Positions 47,898-59,602 are shown, counted from the stretch's first letter. The stretch: DNA of 64,000 bases from an uncultured Candidatus Saccharibacteria bacterium (GCA_963789695.1 CAWBLS010000004.1:262-64261), one strand, 5' to 3'. Notes: generated from the sequence alone by a model not told the origin. Made by a program: numbers and translations.

Positions 47898-49223
47898 ATG
47901 ACCGACCAGGTCTTCACAGCAAGAGATCTCGTACTTACTGTTGCACCAACCGAACACGGCGGTGTGCAGAACACGGCAAACGTGACGGTTGATTGGTGCT
48001 TGAGCCCGCGACTTCGTGACTTCGTTGCGAACGAGCTGGCCGACAAGAGCCCGTCCATTCTGTTGGCTGTCACCACCGATAACCGGACCAGGCGACAGCA
48101 GTACAAGGTAGTGCCCATCGACGAAGGTCGAGCCTACCTGTCGTTCCGGCGTTCCGGCATCAACACCGTCCACGCAACACTCGTGTGGCAGGCGATTGGT
48201 GAGCCATCGCCGGCACGCGCTATCAAGAACATTGGCTACGCGCTGGAAGAGTTCCGTCCGGGTCTCGCTGAGCTCGAGGCTGAGAGCGCCGATCTCCGTT
48301 TCACGCTGTTTGGCGACTTTGAGCCCAAGCTTGATGAGAAGGCGCGAATCCACGAACGCCTCGAAGCAATCAGCAATGAGATGAATGCGCTGCTCATGCA
48401 GCCGCACAAGTACCGCATCAACACGGTGAACTACGACTTCCGGGCCTTGGAGTTCGAGTCCATGCAGGATGTCGACGTGCCGCCAGGAATGTTCGGTAAG
48501 AAGCCGAAGGGACTACGTAAGTGGCTCGCCGAGTTCGGTGGGTTCGACAGCGAGTACGACCAGTGCGCAAACCGCGGTCACGTCATCAAGGGCGTGGCGA
48601 AGCTGATCGGTTTGACGCTCGTCAGCCCTTTCATTGCATTCGTCTGGCTGATGGTGAAGCTGTTTGACCTGGCGGCAATCGCGCTGCTGGTGTTTTTCGG
48701 TAAGCGTGACATCAACTTTGATCCTCTGCTGTCGTGGCGCTTCATCAATCCGGCTGAAATCTGGGCGGACCTTGCGCCGTCCTGGTGGCTCACCAAGCGT
48801 GAGGTGCCTGACGCCGACTATGTGTATATTGTTTCCTACCCGCCGCGGCATTGGGTGTTCAGGTGCATCCTGAATCTACCAGTGCTGACTGCGCTGGCTG
48901 CTGTTGTGTGGCTGGTCGTTACCTTCCTTGGTTCGGAGGTGTTGCTACTTCTCATGTATGCAGTGATTGGACTGCTTGCGGGCGGCGCGACGTATGCCTT
49001 CCTTTCGCGTTCTCGCCAGCTTAAGTCGGCGGAGCGTAAGCAGCGGGAAGAGGCAGAGCGTAAGACGCGCCTTGAGCGTAACCTTGCTGCGCTGACCTGT
49101 TCGACGGCCGGCGAAGTGGGTAACCGTTTCGTCACCGATGCCCCCGAGCCCACGCGTACCACGCTCAGGCTCGTCAAGGGCAGGTTGAAGTCCAGGGTCT
49201 GCCTGCCGTACGAGCAGGATTAG
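47898..49223 (+). CDS. Orphan 441-aa membrane protein with coiled coils (cassette)
   Basis: TTGCTT-17-TAAAAT promoter, AGGAGG SD, TAGCCCGGTTT...AAACCGGGCTA-T5 terminator. Confidence 0.8.
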   Translation: MTDQVFTARDLVLTVAPTEHGGVQNTANVTVDWCLSPRLRDFVANELADKSPSILLAVTTDNRTRRQQYKVVPIDEGRAYLSFRRSGINTVHATLVWQAIGEPSPARAIKNIGYALEEFRPGLAELEAESADLRFTLFGDFEPKLDEKARIHERLEAISNEMNALLMQPHKYRINTVNYDFRALEFESMQDVDVPPGMFGKKPKGLRKWLAEFGGFDSEYDQCANRGHVIKGVAKLIGLTLVSPFIAFVWLMVKLFDLAAIALLVFFGKRDINFDPLLSWRFINPAEIWADLAPSWWLTKREVPDADYVYIVSYPPRHWVFRCILNLPVLTALAAVVWLVVTFLGSEVLLLLMYAVIGLLAGGATYAFLSRSRQLKSAERKQREEAERKTRLERNLAALTCSTAGEVGNRFVTDAPEPTRTTLRLVKGRLKSRVCLPYEQD

Positions 49224-49394
49224 GGAGAAGGTGCTAGCCCGGTTTCATGCAAATACTGCGTGTAAACCGGGCTATTTTTATGTAATCAGTTGATAATAAC
49301 GCTAAATAGTTGTATAATATTATTGTTAGCTGTGGTGCGTATGCTGCTAGGGCTGACGCACCTGCCGACTATATGAAAGGCGGACCCGATAGCG

Positions 49395-49877
49395 ATGACA
49401 CTTCAAACCACCCGGATTACGCCGGACTGGCTCGCTGATGCCGTTTTGGACCGAACCCTGAACAAGGGAACGGGCGATCCAGCAATCATCAACAGGGTGC
49501 TCCCCTACATGGGTGCACTCATCGATGTGGTCGATGGTTACCATCGTATGAGTGATCTCGTAACGATTGCCAATGTGGCCGACGTGAAGGCCCGGTTCAT
49601 TGACTGGCTGCTCGACAATGGGCAGTACATGGAGAAGTTTGACTCGTTTCTTCAGCAACTCGTCGCTTTTGGTGTTTACAGGCAACTCGTCGCTGAACTC
49701 CGGCAGATTGCGGACAACGAGCGCACTGTCACGCCGCTTTGGAACGAAGAGTCCACGCCCATCTGGCTGGCGCGAATCGGTGTGAGCTATGACGCGCTCG
49801 ACCTGTACTACGCTGGTGAGCTGACCTTCGAGAAGCTGCTACAGCTCTCGCCGGACGTCTTCATCCCCAGTGTCTGA
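49395..49877 (+). CDS. Orphan 160-aa protein (cassette)
   Basis: TTGATA-17-TATAAT promoter, GAAAGG SD, hairpin plus T-run after the stop. Confidence 0.75.
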   Translation: MTLQTTRITPDWLADAVLDRTLNKGTGDPAIINRVLPYMGALIDVVDGYHRMSDLVTIANVADVKARFIDWLLDNGQYMEKFDSFLQQLVAFGVYRQLVAELRQIADNERTVTPLWNEESTPIWLARIGVSYDALDLYYAGELTFEKLLQLSPDVFIPSV

Positions 49878-49983
49878 CTTTCATGGCAGCCCCTGCCCTC
49901 CAATTCATGTGGAGGCGCGGGGGTGTTTTTTATGTATTACTAAATCCCACGAAAAAACATCACCAATAAGTGATGCTTTTTCG

Positions 49984-50058
49984 TGGCTGGGCCGGCAGGA
50001 TTCGAACCTGCGAATGCCGGGACCAAAACCCGGTGCCTTACCACTTGGCCACGGCCCA
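49984..50058 (-). tRNA. tRNA-Gln(TTG)
   Basis: TGGGCCG/CGGCCCA-G-CCA acceptor, CCGGG-TTTTGGT-CCCGG anticodon arm. Confidence 0.95.
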
Positions 50059-50114
50059 ATACGCCAGAGACCAGTATATCATAAGGGGTAAAGTATGAAA
50101 ATGCTATTGCCGGT

Positions 50115-51182
50115 CTATTTGCCTGCGCGGCGCTCGAGTGCTTCAATACTACGTGCTAAGGCGCCAGAATCACGGCGATCTTTGAATCGCGCGGCAAGTA
50201 CACGCATTTTTTCAATATAGTCGGCAAGCTCGGCTTGCGCTTCTGCGCCCGCACCGCTAAATTCGCGGTCAAATACGCGCCATTTTTTAAGCACTGGAAG
50301 GACGATTTCTTCAAGGTGGCGCGGGGTGTCGTAAATACCCGCTTCGGCAATGCGCATGGCTTTAAGCTGGAAGCCGTCAATGTTACTCCCAGGCATTTCA
50401 AAGCCGATGACTTCGTCACGTACGGCGCACATCATTTGATTCGGCGTCACATCAAAGGCTGCTTCTGCTAAGTTGCGATAAAACAGCATGTGCAGGTTTT
50501 CGTCTTTGGCAATACGCGCCAGCATTTCATCGGCGAGTACATTGTTTGCGGCAATACCGGTTTGGCGGTGAGATACGCGTGTTGCGAGTTCTTGGAATGT
50601 GACGTAGGCCAGCGTGTTGAGCGGGCTTTTTTCGACAGTATAGCCCCGTTGCATTTGTGCCATACGCTCCATTTCCAGATAATGCGGGTCAACGGCTCGA
50701 GTCAGATCCAGGAAGCTGCGCATGACGTAGGCATGGGTGTCTTCTTCGGCTGTCCACTGGTTTACCCAGGTGCCCCATGGGTGTTCGAGCCCAAAACCGC
50801 CGGCAATTTCTCGGTGGTACGACGGAAGGTTATCTTCGGTTAAGAGGTTCACGACCATGGCATCGTGGGCGACTTTTGAGAGCATGGGCGCTTCATCCGG
50901 AGCAACGCGGCCGAGTACTCTGCCCTCTTCGTCAAGCGGTAAGAAGTCGACGCCGGCCCATGGCTGACGAGTTCGGTTGTGTCGATTTAATTCGCGTTCT
51001 ACAACTGGTTCGAGCTCGCGAAGCGCGTCAATTTGATTGGGTTCACCCGGCACGCTAATCAGCCCACTGCGGATGACGGCGTCGCGCCCGAAAGCTAAGA
51101 GTCGTGATGGATAGAGAATCTCTCGCGCTACACCAACTGCCTCAACGGTTGTCACAAATGGCTTTTTATCACGATCACTCAT
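50115..51182 (-). CDS. Acyl-ACP desaturase (di-iron, DesA-like)
   Basis: NLLTEDNLPSYH, WTAEEDTH, YVTFQELATRVSH, DENLH and FEMPG motifs. Confidence 0.9.
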   Translation of the reverse strand: MSDRDKKPFVTTVEAVGVAREILYPSRLLAFGRDAVIRSGLISVPGEPNQIDALRELEPVVERELNRHNRTRQPWAGVDFLPLDEEGRVLGRVAPDEAPMLSKVAHDAMVVNLLTEDNLPSYHREIAGGFGLEHPWGTWVNQWTAEEDTHAYVMRSFLDLTRAVDPHYLEMERMAQMQRGYTVEKSPLNTLAYVTFQELATRVSHRQTGIAANNVLADEMLARIAKDENLHMLFYRNLAEAAFDVTPNQMMCAVRDEVIGFEMPGSNIDGFQLKAMRIAEAGIYDTPRHLEEIVLPVLKKWRVFDREFSGAGAEAQAELADYIEKMRVLAARFKDRRDSGALARSIEALERRAGK

Positions 51183-51282
51183 ATTGTTCCCTAGTATAAC
51201 ATGAATGTGAGCCGCCATTTGCTGGTGGCTACATTGACAAGGGTTGTTAAAAAAGCGTAAGCTAGTTTTCAGTATGAGGGGT

Positions 51283-53323
51283 ATGCCTAAGAAATCTCGT
51301 TTTGCCTACAAGAAGCAGGATTTACTGCGTGATGGGCTCGCTGCTTTGGTTGTTACCGCCCTCGCCATCCCTGAATCACTTGCATTTGCAGCGATTGTTG
51401 GCTTACCGCCAGTGACGGGGTTGTACACCGCCCTGCTTGCGCCCATAGTATTTGCCCTCTTTTCTTCTACGCGGCGTCTTGTGGTAGGGGCTGATTCTGC
51501 CACGGCTGCGTTGATAGCTGCCGGAGCAGTCGCGGTTGCCCAGGTGGGTACGGCGGCTTATGGTGACGCCGTAGCTCTCATCGGCATTATTACGGCCGTT
51601 ATTTTACTGCTGATGGGGTTGCTACGACTTGGCTTTTTGGCAAATCTGATTTCCCGCCCTGTATTGGTGGGCTTTCTTGCTGGGGTTGGTTTGCAACTCA
51701 TAATTACAAAATTGCCAGCGATGCTGGGTATCGCCACGTCTGGGAGCGTGTGGCAACATATCACGATGCTTGTCGATCATATTCCCGATGTTAATGGTAT
51801 GGCATTGACGATTGCCGTGTTGGTGGTAGGCGTAATTTTGATACTGCGCCACACCAAGCTGCCGGGCGAACTAGTGGGCCTCGTGGCTGCAACCGCTTTT
51901 GCGTTCGCCTTTAATGTTAACCAATACGGTGTGCAACTGATTGGTGCGTTGCCGGCTGGCCTGCCAAGCTTGACTTTCCCGCCCGTGACCATTGATATGA
52001 TCGTTACGCTTCTTCCGGTATCGCTTTCGCTGGCAATTGTTATTTTGGCGCAGAGTTCTGCGGTCATTCGTAGCTTAGCTGGTGAACACGATGAACCGGT
52101 TCGGATTAATCAAGATTTGCGTGCGCTTGGGTTCGCTAACGCTGTGTCTGCACTTACGCGCGGCTTTGTGGTGAATGGAAGCCCACCACGCAGTGTGGCG
52201 GCAGACATCGCCGGCGGCCGTTCGCAGATGGTCAACGTATTTATGAGCCTTATGATTGGTGCGCTGCTACTGTTCGGTGCAAGCCTGTTTACCCATGTAC
52301 CCGAAGCTGCGTTAGCGGCAATTATTTTTGTAATCGGTCTGAAACTGGTTCGTGTTGGCGAACTTCGTTATATTATGAGCCGGCACCGTTTAGAATTTAT
52401 TGTTGCGATGATTGCCCTTACTGGTACATTGTTTTTTGGCGTTAGCCAGGGTGTGATTATTGCCGTCGTTATTTCGTTGATGGAGCGCCTCAGTCGCCAA
52501 TATCAACCAAAAGACGAAATCCTGCTGCGTGATGGCAAGCTGTCCGAATGGGCGAAGGATCGACTTGGTGAGGCACCGAAGCACGGATACCCTGAAGGTA
52601 TTTTGGTGTACAGTTTCGATGGTTCGCTATTTTTTGAGAATGCACACTACTTCGCAATGCGTGTGCGTAAAGCCATTAATGGCTCGCGTGCGAGTGTGCG
52701 ATACCTGGTGATTGATGTTGGTGCGGTTGAAACAATCGACTACACCGCCGTAGAAATATTAAAGCAGCTGTATCATCAGATCGGTATCGACGGTGTGCGA
52801 TTGTCGCTCGCCCATGTCTCACCAAGCTTGAAGGCTCAGTTTAAGAAATATGGGCTTGTTGATTTAGTGGGTGAAGAAAACATCTACTCTACCCTTACTG
52901 CAGCGATTCATGCCAATCTTGAACCTAAGCAGAACGTAGATGAGCGCGTGCGAGCACTTGGTATCGAGCACACGAGCATGGTAGTAGTCGGCGGTGCGGT
53001 GCTTGATTTACTGAATCTGCGCAGCTCACATGAAATTGATTTAGTTGTCAGTAGTAATGTCTATACGCATTTCCGTGATGAACAACTATGGCAAGAGTTT
53101 ACGCAGGTAAATGGCAAGAAGATGTTATCGCGTGGCGGAATCAAGATTATGACTATATGGGGCGGCCAGTCATTAAATGGATCTGCAGCGCGACCAAATG
53201 GTAGTAAAAGGCTTGCCGTGTGCCAGTATTGTCCGGATTATCACTGCCAAGCGGCGCTTAGCCCGTAAAAAAGATGCCTCGGACATTCGGCTTCTTGAAT
53301 CGTATCGTAACCGTCGTAACTAG
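51283..53323 (+). CDS. SulP-family anion permease with STAS and an extra C-terminal domain; indels near the end
   Basis: IPESLAFA, GLYTA and STAS (LFFENA, IDYTA) motifs. A shifted frame continues ARKKDASDIRLLESY to TAG 53323. Confidence 0.85.
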
Positions 53324-53327
53324 TTAG

Positions 53328-53945
53328 CTAAGCGAGCTTATCGCCCTTATCAAAGAAGCGGCGGCCAACAAATTTATGTAGTTCAATCGCAATCACCGGC
53401 ACGATTAGTGCGATGCCAAGTACATAGGCTAAATCACCAATCGCGACGTCACGCACATGTAGCCACGGCGCGAGCGGGCCAAACAGCGCAAAGGCTTGCA
53501 AGCCGACGGCAATGACAAGCCCAATATAGAAGGCGGGGTTTGGCGTAAGGATGCGTCGCCAGAGTGGCGTGTAGTCGCTGCGATAGCAGAGTGCGCTTGT
53601 CCACTGCATGGCCACGAGCGCAGCAAACGCCAGCGTACGGCCATATTCTTCGCTGTTTGATGTGGTAAACGAGGTGAAGATCCAAAGTGCCACAGCGGCC
53701 ATCACAAGGCCCGTGACAAGGACGCGCGAATCAATATTTGCTTAAGAGTGGTGCTTTTGGGGTACTGGCTTGCGACGCATAATACGCTTGATGGCCGCGC
53801 TCTAATCCCAGCGGGATACCCATAATTGAGTCGGTGACAAGGTTAATCCAGAGAATTTGTACGGCGGTAAACGGCAATGGCAGGCCCACCAAGAGCGCCG
53901 CAACCGAAGCGCTGACATTGGCAATGGTGGTGGTTAGTAGGTACG
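53328..53945 (-). CDS. C-terminal fragment of a cation-transporting P-type ATPase, frameshifted and cut at the junction
   Basis: YLLTTTIAN, LPFTAVQILWINLVTDS and RTLAF in successive frames. Confidence 0.8.
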
Positions 53946-53960
53946 CTAGCGAGTCGGCAT
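53940..53960. other. Junction between mid-GC and high-GC DNA (probable chimera)
   Basis: Composition and codon usage switch abruptly. Both flanking genes lack their 5' parts. No att site, repeat or mobility gene is visible. Confidence 0.85.
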
Positions 53961-55049
53961 GGCACCGACCAGACCGGCGCGCTCTCCTTCATGGGCGTCG
54001 CCAACGTCAACGTCGCCAAGATGGTCATCGACGACATCAACGCCCGCGGCGGCCTGCTCGGCCGCCCGGTCGAGCTGTTCGTCGAGGACAGCGCCACCGA
54101 CGACGCCGTGGCGCGAGGCCGTGGCGGCGAAGCTCGTCGAGCAGGCGGACGTCGACGTCGTCATCGGCGGCATCTACAGCTCGACCCGCCAGGCCATCAA
54201 GGGGCCGGTCGTCGACCGGGCGGAGACGCTCTACCTCTACCCGGAGCAGTACGAGGGACAGGAGTGCCACCCGCTGATCTTCTGCACCGGCCCGGTGCCG
54301 GCGCAGCAGATCGAGCCGTTCTTCCCGTGGCTGATGCAGCGAGACGGGGGCGCGGACGTTCTACATGCCGTCGGCCGACTACATCTGGCCGCACACGTTG
54401 AACAAGAAGGTCCGCGAAGTCGTCGCGGCGCGAGGGCGGCGAGATCGTCGGCGAGGAGTACTTCCCGATCGACCACATGGACTACGAGCGGGTCGTCGAG
54501 GACATCATGGCGACGGGCGCCGACGTCGTGTTCAACACGATCGTCCCGCCCGGGCTGACGCCGTTCCTCGAGCAGCTCACCGCGCCGGGTTCACGGCGCG
54601 GGGTGGGCAGATCGTGTGCACCTACTTCGACGAGAACTTCCTGAACCTCGTGCCGGCCGAGCACGTCGAGGGCCTCTACGGGTGCCTCGACTACTACCGG
54701 GACGTCGACGACCCGTTCAGCATCGAGCTCCTCAACCGGTACGACGCGCCGCTACCCGGGCAGCGCGATGTTCACGGCGGGCAGCGCGTGCTCGGGGACG
54801 TACCGGGCGCTCAAGCTGTGGGAGGCCGCGGTCACCGAGGCCGGGTCGCTCGACCAGGACGACGTCGATCGCGGCGCTCGACCACGCCCGGATCGCCGCA
54901 GGGCCCCGGCGGCCCGGCCGAGATGGTGCCCGGGTCAGCACCACGTGCGGATGAACATGTACATCGCCCGGTCGGAGGGCGGCACGTTCACGGTGGTCAA
55001 GAACCTGGGCCACATCGACCCGAAGGAATGCGAGGTCGGGCACGCCTGA
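53950..55049 (+). CDS. Urea/amide-type (UrtA/AmiC-like) ABC substrate-binding protein, 5'-truncated and frameshifted
   Basis: INARGGLLGRPVE, GGIYSSTR, YPEQYEGQE and ADYIWP across frames. Confidence 0.8.
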
Positions 55050-55143
55050 CGTCGAGCGATCCACACGGCCCGAGGTCACGGAGCTCGCGACGGCACGAAG
55101 CCGCGCGATTGCCGGCTCCATCCCGTCGCGACCTCTGGCCGCG

Positions 55144-55935
55144 TCAGCCGCGGAGGTCATGACGGTCGAACGCCACGATCGCGCCGGCGACCGCGACGAC
55201 GGTCAGGCCCAGGAGCACCACCAGAGCTTCCCAACTCAGCCCGCTGGTGAGCTGCTCGTCGCCGACCGCCCAGTAGAAGGGCGAGAGCACACGCCAGTCG
55301 TCGAGCCATGACACCACCGGGCCGAGGGAGCTCAGGAGGTAGGCGGCCGACGCCAGCGCGGCCGCGATGCCGAGCGCCGGGCCGCGCTCGCCGAGGCTCG
55401 CACCGATGGCGAGGGCCAGGCAACCGAAGATGATGCCGAGCAGCAGCACCGCAAAGGTCGTGGTCGCGAGGTACCAGGGGTCGAGATCGAGCTCGAAGGC
55501 GCGTCCCGCCAGCATGCACGCGAACGTGACGACACAGACCGTTGCCGCCTGCAGGACCATGACCGTGACCTTCTCGAGCAACACCCGGCGACGCGACAGC
55601 GGGAGCGCCACCACGAGGTCGAGTCGACCGGCTTCCTCTTCGCCCGCTATCGCCGCCCCGCCGTAACCGATGGTGAGGAGCAACACGATCAGGGGCAGGA
55701 AGTTCGCGTAGAGGTTGGCGTTCGTCCATCCGTCGGGACTCGTGATCGAGCCGCTGATCCCGAAGACCGCCGCGACCGTCGGCGAGTCGGTAACCAGGCT
55801 GTCGAGGCCGGTGGAGTCCTTGAACGCGGGATACAACGCCACGATCACCAAGGTGTACACCGCGAGGCCGATCGCGTACCCCACGACCGACTTGCGACGG
55901 GAGCGCAGGTCGAGACGAGCGACCTCAGCGGTCAT
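55144..55935 (-). CDS. ABC-2 type permease
   Basis: AGEEEAGRLDL...PLSR and LSPFYW motifs. Six TM segments. Confidence 0.85.
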   Translation of the reverse strand: MTAEVARLDLRSRRKSVVGYAIGLAVYTLVIVALYPAFKDSTGLDSLVTDSPTVAAVFGISGSITSPDGWTNANLYANFLPLIVLLLTIGYGGAAIAGEEEAGRLDLVVALPLSRRRVLLEKVTVMVLQAATVCVVTFACMLAGRAFELDLDPWYLATTTFAVLLLGIIFGCLALAIGASLGERGPALGIAAALASAAYLLSSLGPVVSWLDDWRVLSPFYWAVGDEQLTSGLSWEALVVLLGLTVVAVAGAIVAFDRHDLRG

Positions 55936-56857
55936 GACCCACTCGTGCCGGTCGGTGGACCACCGTCGCCGGGAGCGCCGTAGTACGAGCGGAACACGTC
56001 GTCCAGGTCGGCGGCCTCGGCACGGAGCTCCACGGTCTCGTGACGCGCGGCTTGCTTCACCACCGCATCGACTCCCCCATGTACGGCGAGCTCGACGCGC
56101 GTGCCGTTCACGTGTACATCACCGACCCCGGGAAGCCTGCGGAACTCAGCGGGGTCGACCGGCTCGGCGAACACCAACGAGATCCGCACCGGCGCGGCCA
56201 GCTGGAGGTTGGTGATCGTGTCGCACACGAGCAGGCGCCCCTCGCGAATCAGCGCGATCGAGGTGGCCACGCGCTGCACCTCGTCGAGCGAGTGCGACGA
56301 CAGGAAGACCGTGCGACCCGAGGCGGCCACCTCGGCGAGGAGCTGTTGGAACTGATCCTGCATGAGCGGGTCGAGTCCGCCCGTGGGCTCGTCGAGGACC
56401 AGGAGCTCCGGTTCGTGCGCGAAGGCGAGGAGCAACCCCACCTTCTGGCGGTTGCCCTTCGACAGCTCGCGCACCGGGCGATGGAGTTCGATGCCGAAGC
56501 GCTCCACCAGCGCGTCGACCGCGTGGGCCGGGCCGGCAACGCCGTGCCCGAAGGAAGGCGTGGAGGTGCTGCGCGCCGGTGAGCTTCGGGAAGAGCTGGA
56601 GATCGCCGGGTAGATACCCCGTCCGGCGGTGGATCGCAACGCTGTCGCGGTGACTGTCGAGGCCGAGGACGCGCACCGATCCGCTCGTCGGTCGTTGGAA
56701 GTCGAGCAAGGTCCGGATCGCGGTCGACTTCCCAGCCCCGTTGGGACCGAGGAATCCGCACACCTCGCCCTGCGCGACGTCGAACTCGAGGTCTTCGACG
56801 CCTCCGCGCCTCGCCGTAGCACTTCGTCAGCCGTCGGACCTCGATGACACCACCCAT
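55932..56857 (-). CDS. ABC transporter ATP-binding protein (frameshifted)
   Basis: GPNGAGKST, LSKGNRQK, LDEPT and SSH motifs across frames. Confidence 0.88.
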
Positions 56858-56917
56858 CGCGGCGAGCCTAACGAAGTCCGTCCGGCACCCCCCGCTGCGT
56901 CTGGCGACGGCGTCGCC

Positions 56918-57763
56918 TCACCCTCTCTCGAGCGGCACCATGATGACGGGTACCTGGGATCGATGCACCACCTTCAGCGCGACTGCCCCGAGGCGCAGCC
57001 CCGTCACACCGCCGAGCCCGCGCGCGCCGACGACGACCGCGGCCGCTCCGACCTCTGCGGCCGCGTCGCAAAGGGCGTGGACGGCGTCACCGGGGATTGC
57101 AGCCGGCCTTGCGTCGAGACCTGCCCCCCGGAGTGGCTCCATCCACTTCCGCAGGTGCTCGAGCGCCACCTGCTCCCAACTCGTCGGATCGGTGCGCGGC
57201 ATCCAATCCGCGAGGACCTCCTCGGCGTGCACGACGACCACCTCGCTCGCCAACCCGGGCATGAAGCGTGCACACCAGCTCATCGCCTCCAGGCTTCCCG
57301 CCGATCCGTCGACTCCGAGGACCACCGGTTGGGGCCACGCCGGAGCGGTGACCTCCGGGATGGCGGCGAGTGGGCGCGTCACGTGGTGCGCGAGATGGTG
57401 CGTGACGCTCCCGAGGTGGATCGGGTGCGCGTGGCCGCCGCTGCCGCGTGCGCCGACCACGACGAGGTCGACGTCTTCGGACTCCGCGGCGTCGACGAGC
57501 ATGCTGCGTGGGTCGCCGTCGAGCAGCAGGCGCTGCACCACCACCTCACCATCTTCATCTTCGACCGCGACATTCCATCGGGACAGCTCCTCGGCGGCGT
57601 CGGCGCGCAGGGAGTCGTGCTCGCTCGGCGAGACCTCCGAGAATGACGGTTTCCACGCCCTCGCGACCACCAGCGTCCCGCCCTTCGCGCGGACCAGCTC
57701 ACCCGCCCAGGCCAGCGCCGCCTGAGCAGCACTCGACCCATCGGTGCCCACCAGGACCCGCAT
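56918..57763 (-). CDS. Tandem universal stress protein
   Basis: Two VxGxDGS ... VVGARG...LGxV units. Confidence 0.9.
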   Translation of the reverse strand: MRVLVGTDGSSAAQAALAWAGELVRAKGGTLVVARAWKPSFSEVSPSEHDSLRADAAEELSRWNVAVEDEDGEVVVQRLLLDGDPRSMLVDAAESEDVDLVVVGARGSGGHAHPIHLGSVTHHLAHHVTRPLAAIPEVTAPAWPQPVVLGVDGSAGSLEAMSWCARFMPGLASEVVVVHAEEVLADWMPRTDPTSWEQVALEHLRKWMEPLRGAGLDARPAAIPGDAVHALCDAAAEVGAAAVVVGARGLGGVTGLRLGAVALKVVHRSQVPVIMVPLERG

Positions 57764-57864
57764 CCGCCATCTCCTCTCGCCACCGACCCACCCGACCACT
57801 CCGACCAGAGCGTCGGGACCGGATCCGGCCACCCCACCGTACGGCGGGCGCTCGTCGGCGCGGC

Positions 57865-57879
57865 AGGGCCGGAGGTCCC
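57865..57879. promoter_or_regulatory. DosR/DevR-like box upstream of the USP gene
   Basis: Minus strand GGGACCTCCGGCCCT, nearly identical to 63866..63880. Confidence 0.55.
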
Positions 57880-58059
57880 GACACACGTGCTGCGCGCCGG
57901 AGGATCAGGACTTGGGCGTGGGAACGCCTCACGCAACGTCTTCATGCAGCGTCTGGCACCCTCGCGTAGGCGTCGGGCGCGGCTGCTCGATCCCTGCCCA
58001 GGAGTGCGCGGCTGTGCCACACTGCGCGTCGATGTCCACTGACCGGCGGCCGACACACC

Positions 58060-58926
58060 GTGGAGAACGCAGTGACTGCTCGAGGAACGACGATCGCGAC
58101 GAGAGCGCTGAACCCGCGGATCGGCACGGAGATCGCGACCGACGCCGACACACTGCTCGCCGGGACGTACGCGAGTGATCTCCGGGCGTTGTTGGAGCAA
58201 CGGAGCGTGCTCGTCTTCCCCCGGATCGATCTCGACGACCAGCAGCAGATCGCCTTCACCCAGACGCTCGGCACCCAAGCGTTCGAGAACAACGGGACGC
58301 CCAACGAGGACGGCGAGAAACAGGCGATCTTCAAGGTCAGCTTGGACCCACGGGTCAACCCGATCGGGGAGTACTTCAGGACGTCGTTCTTCTGGCATCT
58401 CGACGGCACCATGCACGATGTCCCGATCCTGGCATCGATCCTCAACGCCAAGTACCTCCCGCCCGTGGCGGCGCGACGGAGTTCTGCAACACCTACGCGG
58501 CGTACGAGGCCCTAGCCGAGTCCGACAAGGAGGCGCTCGACGGACTGAAGGTCGTGCACGCGAACTGGGCACTGCAGCGCTTCTTGAGCCCCGAGCCGTC
58601 GTACGAGGCCTTTCAGGCCGCGAGGAGGGTCCCGTCGCGGACGCAGCCGCTCGTGTGGTCACACCGGTCGGGCCGCAAGTCGCTGGTCATCGGCGCCACC
58701 GCCGCGGTACGTGGTCGGCCTGGAACCGGCGGAGAGCATGGACCTGCTCGTGCGGCTGCGCGACTGGGCCACGCAACCGCAGTTCGTGTACCGCCACGAG
58801 TGGAACGTCGGCGACGTGGTGATGTGGGACAACACCGGCACGCTCCACCGAGCGCTTCCCTACGATGCCGACAGCGGGCGGCTGCTGCACCGAACCATGC
58901 TGCAAGGCGAGGAACCGTTCGCCTGA
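58060..58926 (+). CDS. TauD/TfdA-family dioxygenase (frameshifted)
   Basis: WHLDGT, HRSGRKSL and WDNTGTLHRA motifs. Confidence 0.88.
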
Positions 58927-58989
58927 GTCGGCACGTTCGCCGGTCGCTCGCTCCGCCGACGAGTACCGCGCGAGTCGCTCATCAACCAA

Positions 58990-59602
58990 CCAACCGCCGG
59001 ATCGGCGATTGGGCGTCTACGGGCACAGCTACGGCGGGCCCGTGGCGATCTGCCTCGGCGCACGAGATCCTCGGGTCCGTGCGCTGGTATCCGTCTCGGG
59101 ACCGGGCAGTGGTACCGCGATGCTGCAGAGTGTCAGAAGCTCCTGGGACTGGATCGCGCTCAAGGAGCGCGTGGAGGCGGAACGCACCCGGGCGGCAACG
59201 ACCGGCGACACGACGGACGTCGAGATCGAGACCATCTTCCCGTTCAGCCCTGCATTCCGGGCCGCGTACGACCGCTTGAAGTCCACCGGTGGGACCAGCG
59301 CGCTCCAAGCCACTCCCGGCACCGACACGAACCGCTTCAAGCTCGCAAGCGTCGACGCCATGCTCGACTTCCATCCCGAGGACGCAGCACGCCGCCTCGG
59401 CGGCCGACCTCTGCTCCTCGTCCACGGCGCGAAGGACGACACCGCCGGCATCGAGACGGTCGACCCCGTCTACGCCAACGCGCCCGGCCCGAAACGGTGG
59501 GTGGTCATCCCGGACGCGCAGCACAATGACCTCGACGCCGGCGCCGGGCTCGCTCGAGTGATCACCACGGCCGCGGACTGGTTCTCCGAACACCTGACGT
59601 GA
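58990..59602 (+). CDS. Alpha/beta hydrolase, 5' part missing or garbled
   Basis: GHSYGG, HGAKDD and AQHND motifs. Confidence 0.75.
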
